Translations under genes and position numbers: made by a program
Assembly (NCBI GenBank): GCA_964035545.1
Contig: OZ037766.1
Location: forward strand, 28,255,673 to 28,319,672
Length of the DNA: 64,000 nucleotides
Reading direction: 5' to 3'
Source: Bugula neritina
Lineage: Eukaryota > Animalia > Bryozoa
In this document: positions 19,489 to 31,400 of the stretch, in pieces
How positions within the stretch are numbered: the stretch's first letter is position 1
Layout of the letters: the number at the start of each line of letters is the position of its first letter
The notes under the pieces: model-generated
What the model saw: only the letters and a program-made list of their open reading frames with translations
Told to the model about the DNA's origin: nothing
Databases searched by the model: none

Positions 19489-22400
19489 CTACTCCTTTGT
19501 AGATATACCACAATGAGTTGACATATATGGAATTTTGTCAATGAGAGAATGCAACCTACGCTTCTCTGCTAGAGGTCTATTAGTGGCACTGATCTCTATA
19601 GCAGTGCTCTTGATATCGTGGACTTCATCATTGAGATACTCGTCATATGCCATATCGTCAATATCGTTACCTATCATAGTGATGGACTCTTGCTTCATGT
19701 AGGTGACTGGCTCCGGGGGCTAGAAACAGGGCAGAATATTACGGGCTATATTATAGGTTATATAATGACTTTAGTTAGATGACAGCAAAAGGGAGGACGA
19801 CTACTGCAGTCTATACAGCAAACTATTCAAGTATGAAGTACATTGCAGACATATGCACTAGATTATCATGACTTGAGATACATCCCAGCAGACCTGATAG
19901 ACAGCAGTTATTAAGAAGTTACATGAAAATTAGGCTGGAGAAAACAGTTTTAAAACAAGTATAAATTGACTAATCAACAGCCAGATGTGTGACCGAACTT
20001 GTTGAATATCTCAATAGAAACCATGAGGGTGCTAAGATGGGAAAAGTGGTAATAGTCCAACATATTCCTTCAAATGGTGGAATACATAAAACAGAACCAC
20101 AGAACAGCATTTTACCAATGTCACTGTCCTGGACATCACATTTTTATGAAGCTGTGCTCATTTAGAAAGCTAATTGCTATAGTGAGGTAGTAGTTAGAGT
20201 GAGGTAGTAGTAATAGTGAGGTGGTAGTTATGGTAAGGTAATAGTTAGAGTGAGGTAGTAGTTATAGTGAGGTAGTAGCTATAGTGAGGTAGTAGTTATA
20301 GTGAGGTAGTAGTTATAGTGAGGTAGTAGCTATAGTGGGATAGTAGTTATAGTGAGGTAGTAGTTGTAGGGTGGTAGTAGTTATAGTGAGGTGATAGTTA
20401 TAGTGAGGTAGTAGTTATAGTGAGGTAGTAGTTACAGTGAGGTAGTAGTTAGAGTGAGGTAGTAGTTATAGTGAGGTGATAGTTATAGTGAGGTAGTAGT
20501 TATAGTGAGGTAGTAGTTAGAGTGAGGTAGTAGTTAGAGTGAGGTAGTAGTTATAGTGAGGTGATAGTTATAGTGAGGTAGTAGTTATAGTGAGGTAGTA
20601 GTTAGAGTGAGGTAGTAGTTAGAGTGAGGTAGTAGTTATAGTGAGGTAGTAGTTATAGTGAGGTAGTAGTTATAGTGAGGTGATAGTTATAGTGAGGTAG
20701 TAGTTATAGTGAGGTAGTAGTTAGAGTGAGGTAGTAGTTATAGTGAGGTAGTAGTTATAGTGAGGTAGTAGTTAGAGTGAGGTAGTAGTTAGAGTGGGGT
20801 AGTAGTTATAGTGAGGTAGTAGTTAGAGTGAGATAGTAGTTATAGTGAGGTAGTAGTTATAGTCAGGTAGTAGTTAGAGTGAGATAGTAGTTATAGTGAG
20901 GTAGTAGTTAGAGTGAGGTAGTAGAGTGAGGTAGTAGTTAGAGTGAGGTAGTAGTTAGAGTGAGGTAGTAGTTAGAGTGAGGTAGTAGTTAGAGTGAGGT
21001 AGTAGTTATAGTGAGGTAGTAGTTAGAGTGAGATAGTAGTTAGAGTGAGGTAGTAGTTAGAGTGAGGTAGTAGTTAGAGTGAGGTAGTAGTTATAGTGAG
21101 GTAGAAGCTATAGTGAGGTAGTAGTTATAGTGAGGTAGTAGTTATAGTTAGGTAGTACTTAGAGTGAGGTAGTAGTTATAGTGAGAATAGACTGAGAGCA
21201 CATACCCTGTTAACCTGAGACTCTTCATCTTCATCTATAGTGGAGATCTGCCGCTCGGGTCGGGGCGGTGGTTTAAATAACGTGTGACCATCTAAATGTT
21301 TAAGACCAGCGGCTAATTCAAACAGCTCATCCAATGAATAGCCTGCAAGATAAGATATATAATTAGCACAAAATCAGAATACATAATAAACTTTTTACCA
21401 TTATTCAATAAGGTGTTGGCAAAGGAGTTACTTTATTTAAAATATGATATATAGTAAACTTATTCACATAAAACCCTAAATAATTCTAGATTTTTCACAT
21501 CATTCGTACGGCAATATTTAAGGCAACAATAAACTAAAAAAGGACAACTCCTCAATATACTACATAGCCTATAAACATAGACTATATTCTGTGCTGTAAT
21601 TGAGAACAGAAAAAAGAGAATGGGCCCTATGTCACACATTCCAACCAAATATAGGCGTAGATGTATAACTAACACACAGGTAGATGTATAACCAACACAC
21701 AGGTAGACGTATAAACAACACACAAATAGATGTATAACCAACACACAGGTAGATGTATAACCAACACATAGGTAGATGTGTAAACAAGAACACACAGGTA
21801 GATGTATAAACAAGAACACACAGGTAGAAGCCTACCTTCCAAATCTTGCTGATGTAACCAACACTTTGCCCAATCCTCAGACTCCTTCCATTCTGTTTTT
21901 CTGATACCAAAGTTGACTTTCAGCCAGTTTAAGGCTAAAATTGTGGTCCATACCAAATCATCCTAAACACATTATTTCAGTATATTAATAAAAAGAGGGC
22001 ATAGAAAGAGAAAATCGTTTTGTTTAAAGTAATTTCTTGTCCAGCAGTCCATGCTGATATATGAGCTAAGTTCTGAATATAAATAAAATAACAACTTTGG
22101 AAATAAAAACACATGTTAGTAAATTTAAAGCAAAATAATATTAAAATAAGAGCAATTTTCAATCTAAATAAATGTCTCCATCTCCAAAAAAAAGAAAAAT
22201 AAGACAGGTTGTTACTGTGGAACACAATAACTGTGAGCTTTAAATCAAAAATCTAAACCGAGTTAAAAAAATTTATTTAATTATTTATTTATATTTTATT
22301 AACCTTCACAAAAAATATCTGAAATTATCACAATGAAACGTGTTATTAAAAACTCTCAGAAACTAAAAATATGACTATTCAAATGGTCACAGCAACATAC

Positions 22401-25400
22401 TAAAACCTAATACTGTGCGCACAAAAAGGGAAAGATTTACTTACCCTGAGTGGGTTCTCCTTCTTCACCTCTGTTATGGTGCTCCCAAAGGCGTAGGCTA
22501 CTTTCTTGTCCAGCATCCAGTAACCATCAGCGTTCTGGAACTTGGTGAAACCTCCAGGGTGTTTGAGAGAGTCTAGAAATAATATGCAATATATACTTCA
22601 CCACTGCAAGGCACAGCACAAGCTGTAAACTTACACTCTTATGCATTGATCTAATGGGACATTAAACTTAGGATTTGAAGATATTATGAAGCTAAGTTGG
22701 CTTATCAAATGTGTGCTAAATCACATATCATATATAACCAGCAAATAAGCATGAACATGTTGAATTAGTAACACATTACACAATTCTATTTTTTGTATAA
22801 AAATCGTTTGTAAGCAGACAAACATTGAAAACTATTTTAAACTAAAGCTGGACAATGACTACCTAAACTCAGATGTATGACACTAGGTTCTAGGACTTGC
22901 TACTTAGCATACAAACCAACCTTTAAAACTGTCCCACTCATCTCTGTCACTAACTCCCATGTACACCTCGGAGAGAGCCAAATCGCTGTCAAGGTCAGCC
23001 ACCGCTGCCGGAGGTCGTTTGAATGTGTACTCCATCTCTAAACCGTCTTCTACCTCGTCATCAAAGTCATGAACTGCAAGCATTAGTCATGAGATATGAG
23101 TCACGAGTTGGAAGTATGACTCATGAACTGTAACTATGAGTTACGAACTGTAACTATGACTCATGAGCTGTAACTATGAGTTGTAAGGATGAGTCATGAG
23201 CTAGAAGTATCAAACTTATCAATTGCAAACAGAGAAATTGTCAGTAATGAAAAGGACAAAAAGTAGGTTTATACCAAAGGAAATAAGCAAGGCAACATTA
23301 AAACAACAAAAATTTACTCAGGTATTACATTTTGTTGGATTTTATCACTGTAAAGATATTATTTTGTGGGAGTTGCCTTTCTATTTTTATAAGCTTTAAA
23401 TTCAGCAAAAGAACTGGTGAAGCTACTTTTCAGCTTTTTTTAATAATATTAAAATTACTATGTTTGTAAAAAAAATTTGCATTGCATTAGACCTTGCATT
23501 ATATTTTCTATGTTAGACACACTGAAATTGAGCTAACGGAAACCACCCAATAGCAGCACACTGTGCCAACACCTGGTAAAATCATGAATAATTGGAAAGA
23601 AATAAAAACATCATGCTAAACTTATACACTTGATTTTGTTGAGTGTCTGTAATATGAATACACCAAATAATGATATCCATACTGTATATATAATGTGCTA
23701 TGAGTAAACAACCTATAAAAATATTCATCAAGAAACTTATTAATAGCAGAAATAAACATGGGTCAAAGCTGTGAAACAGAAAAATAAGCAAAACCACCTG
23801 TAACATAAATAAATACCCTCCATAAGTACAATATGAAAACCTTATGTAATATCAATATTATAGTATACTATATGCCTTAATATTACAAGACACATTTTAC
23901 AGAATATATGGCTACAATATGTTTATCTAGTGAACAATGTGTATGCCAGTTGACTGGGTTGCAGTATTCTACACCTGTAAGCACAACAAAGGCCAGCTAC
24001 TGCAAATAAACTCCACTGGTGTGTTGTATTCATAGAGTTTGTTAGATTGCCACATGGTGACATAAGAAAATTCTTCTATTAATTGTATGAGGTTTGTTTT
24101 GTTATATATTCTCAACCTAGAAGGTGGTGTTCAACATGAGTGCCTTAGACTGAATTCAAACACAACAAAGGAAAATCAAGATGGCAAAACGTGAACACTG
24201 GCGACCACCAGAATTGATATACATGAAATGAACAGACAACTCCTAAAATGACAGATAATTTCAGTATATTATATAACATTATGTTTCAATTATTGAGATG
24301 TGCAGTAACCACGGAGGCCAAAATTCCAAAAACAAAATGTGCATAAGAAGAAATGTTTCCCTAATACTCTACAACCGTTTAGCTACAAGTAAAACATCCT
24401 TAAGGACATGGTCAATTTTACAGATTTCTTAGCATTACTCCTGACGAATAGCATTAGTAAATGTTTGAAAACTGTAGGAGAAAATGAATATTAAACCTTC
24501 GTGAAGTATTAAAAACAAGTCATTGTGTAGTACAGTTGAGAAATAAAGCTATAAGCATATTTGAAATGATGCCACAGCCTTGTTGAAAAGGTTGGAGTGC
24601 TTATAGAAGAAAGCTGCATGCTTACAGATACCAACCTTGGGATCCTCTAGACAGTAACTTAACTAAGCAAAGAGAATGCACTTAATATTTATATACACTG
24701 TTTATCTGTTATAAAAGATAAACCATTTCTATTATTCTACTAATAGTATCAGTTGAAAATAATAAAAATTCTTACTAAAATAGTTATAGATAAAACAAAC
24801 TGGAACCAAACCAGACTCTGTGAAACTTAACTAGACTTTACGGAACTAAACCAGATTCCACCAAACCGAACATAAACGGAGAATAATGAAGGTGATTATG
24901 TTGAACGTAGAGCACCTCACTGAGTGTTGCAGAAGATTACTCATTAGATAGTGATGCTTCTTTAAACCCTTTAATTTCTACCAGACTAAAACTTACTTGT
25001 GTCGAAGATTATAGTAGAGCAAAGAATTTATAGAGAGGAGAAATCACACAACTTTTAAATTATTAGAGGACTTTAATTTCTGAAACTCGACCAAAGAAAT
25101 TAAAAAATTATAGCCTTTGTTTTTGCCCTGTAATAGAAGCATTGACTACAGCTAGATCTACGCAGCTGGCACTTCTTGCTCAGAGTCTAACCATAGTTTA
25201 CATATGTAACGGCAGATATAAATAGCCTAAAACTGACAAACCATTAGCATCTGGGTTGGGCTACACTAAAGGCAGTCCCCATAGCACACACAATAAGAAG
25301 GGCAGAAACTACAACATTGGTGAATGGTAAGGTGGTACGTGAAAAGAGTCGGTGCAACCATGGAAAAGCTGTCGTTTAAATCACAAACTCTCATTCCACA

Positions 25401-28400
25401 ATCTCTTCGTATTGGTATTACATAAGAATTGCCATGCCGAGAAGACTTCATTGTGCATGCACTTGCAAGGAAGGAAAAACAACTCCATGTGTAAATATGC
25501 AGAGCTGAGCTACAGAGGTAGCCCAGGCACAGTGCGGCAGGTGAATATGTAATACTGTGAATGCATGTGGTAGACTACACATATCAGACACTAAGTAACC
25601 TTTCACCACCAAGTGACAGCATCAATAGGTTTCCATTAAACTCTGCTCCCACACTCAACCTGGCAGTGACTACGCCCAAACACAGCATTAAATTTCTTAG
25701 ATATAGGGTTCTGGTACAGGTAACAACAAATAACTTCCAATTAAACGCATAACCAAACACTTGGACAAGCTGAAGTGGGAGCAAGTTTAATGGAAATGAG
25801 AAGTGAACACCATTAGACTTACACTGTGATCCCCGGGAACCTGGTAACAATATTAATGTATAGCTTATTTCAAACAGGGAGAACCAGATATTTATTTAAA
25901 AATCTGTGTATCCTATAAGTACATAGCACTGTACATGACAAGTATTACAGCACATATACCTAAATGTTACATTGTGTATAGATCAATACATCAATACATC
26001 TAGATGTGACATATTTGACTTACTTCTAGAATCGGCCATCGAATAGACTCCAACTCTCTGCCCTCCACTCTGTCTCTCAAAAATTCCTCTAACGAATGCA
26101 CTGGGGTTCTCCCCAGGTCGCGACAAGGTGAGGCGACTCACAGACTTGTACACAGAAGTAGCAGTCTGCGGTACAAATAGAGTAACACATACAGACAAAC
26201 AGTGAAAGACAGTGTTAGCAGACCTACAGTGACATAGTGAACTAGAAGACGTATAGTAACTTAGTGTTAGCATATAGCAATTATAAACACTAATAATTTT
26301 TTGCTGTTATCTGCTAACATTATTGGTGTTTCGGGCCCATGATGATTTACAGCAGTAGATATATGTGAAAAGCACACATAAATATAATTAAGCTATTTGT
26401 TTGATAAAATGGTACTAGAAAAGTATATAATTTGAATTCCCTCAATATGTTTGAGAAATCAGCATAAGAACCCAACAACATGGGCAACTGAAAAGCATAT
26501 ACACAACAAAAATTAATATCAACAAACTTCAAGCACAAAGAAATCAAAATTCATCATAACTAACAGGTAAGTGAGGGGGGCATTTCTCAACCTAAGCCAT
26601 TAATAAAAACACCATAGTGAACAGTACCGAAACAAAGTCACATTGGAAAGTAATAAGAGCTTAGCCCGAGCACTTACAGGGTGAGATCTGCCGAGAACTA
26701 TCTCGTCGGCCCGCACTCTAATGATAGGAAACCCTTCTATTTCCTGCCCGGTCATAGAGTCAATACCAACTAAAGGGGTGAACCTGGAGGAGATATTAGC
26801 AGCAATGGCTGCTTGTATCATCTGGTATTCATTCTCCAGGATATCATCTGCACCCAAAGCTGTTGCTATAGCTAGTGGAGAACAGAACCAATATCAGTAT
26901 CCAATGCATGCCCATATAATTTTAATATAATGTTGATAAATAGAGCAATAAATTCATGCAACTGTTATGAATATTATTTAAATTGATGGAAGAAATACGG
27001 CAATAATTTTTACACTCTATAATTTGAGCTTTATTTGAGGAATATCAAAAAAATTATCTGGATAAAACCATAAACAAAAAAATATTCAAAGTGAAGCTAT
27101 TTAATCAACACAATTTACTGTCTGCAACAAACAGAAGTTGTCTTCCCTATGGAACAGCGCAGGGGCTTGGACACTACTGCTAGACAATTTGCTGTGATAG
27201 AAAACAATTACATAACAATGTTCTATCTTAAAGCCAACACTAACAGCACATATAACATGGAAACCTACATTTTTCCAAGTCTTTAATTTCAGTCTTCAGG
27301 GCCAGCCGGTGGATGGGAAGATTCTCGTTGACCATAGACTCCACTAGATTGAAATATACTGTCTGGGAGTAGGGCTCGTCTTTACCCAGTGTGCCACTCA
27401 GCGTTATAGTGCAGTCATTGTCATTAGGGTTCTCAGGCTAAAATCAGTTTAAGCATTGATCTCTATCTGCGTGAGTGAACATTGATGTCTAACCAGATGA
27501 CATACTAACATTGTAAAATAAACAGCGACTTCTACCAATTCTAATTACTAACCAATGTAGCACAACATAACACTGTGAACATATATATTACACTTAATAG
27601 AGAAGGGGTGCGTGTAAAATTGACTATAAAATATGGTGAATGCATGTATCATAACACTTTTATAAAACACTTTCAATCTTCAATGTGATGAAGTTTTTCA
27701 GTAAAATACACATACGAGTATGTATTGTCCCCCGAACAAGAAAGACAAATACACTAACTAACTCTCTTCAAAGCCTCCCACTGTAAAAAGACTAACAATT
27801 ATTTATTTAGTTCATCTACAATGATAAAGCGATTTGTTCATTATTATAGTTTTAATATTTACTGCAAGAATCAGTATAACTATTGAAAATCTTTTCTCTA
27901 ACCCCATTGCAATAAATGTTTACATAATGCTAATAACAAACAATATTAAAAATATAATTTCCCTTTGAAGTCATGTAAACACATAACAGGATATACTGAT
28001 ACTAAAAGGGAAGGCATTAGATACTATAAATAGTATAGACTGCGGCCATTTACCTGCCCTTTAATTAGAATGTATATTTGGAGTTTTTCCTCAGCAAACA
28101 CGATGGGAGGGATGGAGGGTGGGATGGTGAGACACGTGACGCCAGCTGGGGTGTCAAACTCCATCTCTAAGTTGATGAGTCCCGGTTGCATAGCTTGTTT
28201 AAGGCACTCCAACACCTACAATATATGTCATACCATGTAGCACACGACACACTTGCACTACAATACGACAATCACATTTACACATTACACCTACAATTAT
28301 AGACCTACAGTAACGAATGACACACCTACAGCCTTTTGTAACACATTAAAATTGAATTAAAAAAACATAACACTTCATTGATAGTAGTATTATTATTATT

Positions 28401-31400
28401 TAAGCTAAAATTTATATGATGAAGAAAATGACAAGCTGGTAGTGGGATTTGAACACGCAGTTTTAGTGTAACTACTGAGTGAGCTAGTACCACGAGGGAT
28501 ACACCATAACTATCAACATTCTATCTGTTTCATAATATACTATCGATAAAGAAGACAAGCATTTGTAGTTGTCTGCTCACTAGAACAATGAGTCAAATGT
28601 CTTACCATGTTGTATGGCTTTTCGTTGAGCTTGATGAAGTGAGCTTTACCATTGCCGGCTCTAGCGAGTCCATTAATGATGGCACGGTGACACAACTCCC
28701 CCACCCCTATAGGAAACATTCGAGCAAACTCGGCCCTTTGGCTAACGTACTCTATACACTCATACTTATTAAACTCAGATCCCTCGGTTATCAGGAACAC
28801 CTGGTCAAACACATAGAACCATTAGCTACATATGATGTCTTGCCTATATTTGCCTAGAAATATTATACATACATGTATGAAATTATAAATCATGAAACAT
28901 GCCGTTAAAAAATCATTTTGTCATCAACAAACCAAATCGTGAAGAAATACTTCGCATGGAGATTGTAAAAAATCAAACACCTCCAGGATTGTCTGATTAT
29001 ATACCTAAGGAATTATTAACAGTGAAAAAATTCGTTCGAGTGCTTTTAAATTTTTATCTGATAAATGATTGAAGTGCTAGTAACATAGACTGTGGTCTAC
29101 AAAGAAGTAAAGAAAGTGGGCTAGAAGTTGTTACCTGCTTAGGGTGGCCCGCTATGATTGGCTGATCATAGACATACTGCAGTAGTCCTAAGATATTGTT
29201 AGTACCCTGCATGTCTGCCCGCATCTTCAACTGGCACTTAATAGCCTTCATTACATTGTACTGGTTGTACACCCTGCTTGACCTTGAAGACACAACACAA
29301 GTAATACAGACAGCATGGAGTGACGCTGGTTAGAAATCGGCAGCAACATTCTTTTTACTGCGCCAAGACAAGTTTGGGCTGATATATTCCAAATAAACTG
29401 TGACCAACTGTTGAATTTTATATTAACATTCTCACTTTACAATACACATTCAAGTCGGACAAAAATGTAAATTATCAAAGAATTTACTCGATGAATGATA
29501 CGTTGTTATTAGAAATAATATACACTATAAATAAATTTCAACGATTGCCTCAACAAGATTCCGACAATATATAACTATAAATATTGTTTAATGATTTTCA
29601 TTTATCGAAAATTATAATCCGTTCATTGGCTGGTGCAGATACTTTTTCAAAATGCAAATAATTGAAACGATTAATTCAGCTAGCAAAATGAAATAGTATG
29701 AGAACTTGAGGCTTACTTGAAAAGTGGTTGGGTGGTACCAGCATAACTAACTATATTAAAGTAGCAGCCCATAGGTAAACCCTTGATGAAATAGAGCAAA
29801 ATTTCTCTAGCCACTTGTATTTTGTGACCTCTCATGCCAGCTACAACAAATACAACAATGCATACACAATTTTAACATATTGAGTTTTTCTGGTACTCCT
29901 ATTTTAGGAGTTGTCTATTCTCTTTGAGAATTGCAATACACAGAGACGACTCCTTTACACAACATAAAATGCATAATACACTGTTATGCAAACTTCTAGG
30001 ATTGATGGGTGTGCGTAGAAGAATACTTTATCAAAGCTGAATTTAAGGCTAAACTCTAAACTAACAAATATTTCAATTACTATAACTGACTACTAAGCTA
30101 TTACTAATAAGTTAAACTAAATATATAATGGTGCAGAGTCTACAGTTTACCAACACTGTGAATACTGCAGAGGTCACAAAGTGAGAACAATTCCCATATA
30201 ATATTTTCATTTTGTATCATTATATCCAACAATAGCCACTATTGTACTATCATATTTACCAAAGTTGCGCTAAATATAAACACATACATGATCTGTCAAC
30301 GCAGAAGATAAACTCTCCTTTCATAGACTGTGGTCTTGTTTTATTCAGCCTGTGGAATAAAGTAAAGAGCCCGCAGTGGTTCGTCATTACCACATGATCA
30401 AAAGCTACAACATTAATCATAATTAGTTAGATAAGATACAGTTGAATGTGTAAACCGAGTCTATCTTTATCCTTCCAATCACACGCTTCACTTATCTGGA
30501 AGAATTTAAGTTATGCTAGAAGCAAGCCTGGGTAAATGACAAGCTGTGATTTACTCCCTTTAGCTAGTAGGTCAATTGTATAGCGCATCGCTTAGAATGT
30601 TGGGTGACGGAAACAATCAGCGGCTACCACTCGACGACATACTGAAACTCAGTTGACAGTTCTCTACATTTAGTGTAGAAACCCAATTACTTGTTGAAAC
30701 ACAATTTAACACTAATTTCAAAGTATATTGCTGAAAAAAATAAGACAAGATAAATGTTGTTGATTATATGATAACAGCAAAAGTTCTGAACTATTTTTCT
30801 AGTCATGTAACACTCCTAACCACAAATAACTGGCTCAGGAACACAAAATAAAAAACTGTGAAAGTTTAAAGTTATTCAACTGAGCTGTAACTGTCTTACA
30901 AAGTTGAGTTATAGAAGATAATCAAAGAAGGTCATATATATTGAGTCTAAAACTGAAACCACTCTTCATTTAATAACCCAATACACATACAGCAGTGTTT
31001 AATCACGAACCTGTAGGCAAGCCTCCTTTCTGCACCAGGATGTGAGGTGATTCAATATCTGAATACTTCATGGTGAACGCAAAGTCTCTGTTGGGAAGAT
31101 AACTCCCAGCTAGCGTCAACTGTAATTACATGGTAATAATGAGTGTTTAATTGCATACAGTCTTCATCACAATCTATGCACTACATGGGAACAGGAAACA
31201 GAAGCAGTCAAACTATATAGTTCATGGCTATCAACAAAAACAGAGCTCCAAATTCCACATGAAACAAGCATATGGAAAGCCTCCATAAATAGATGAAAAG
31301 TGTCCTTCCAATTGTGATATGATTAAGTTACATGCCATTTACAGAAAATGCTATATCTTCTTAATACACACTTCATACTACGGCACTTAATCATAGAGCA

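Noticed and set aside
14779-19489. Ser/Pro/Arg-rich exons as the constitutive 3' end of the VWA5A-like gene
   Set aside because: The VWA5A-like gene has its own terminal exon with a TAG at 19491-19489. A read-through splice is phase-compatible but unsupported.
20178-21186. Array as a let-7 precursor cluster or a CRISPR array
   Set aside because: There is no complementary star arm or hairpin, no unique spacers and no cas genes, and the context is a eukaryotic intron.
21460-21910. YLCVGYTS repeat ORFs
   Set aside because: Translations of the 23-bp intronic minisatellite.
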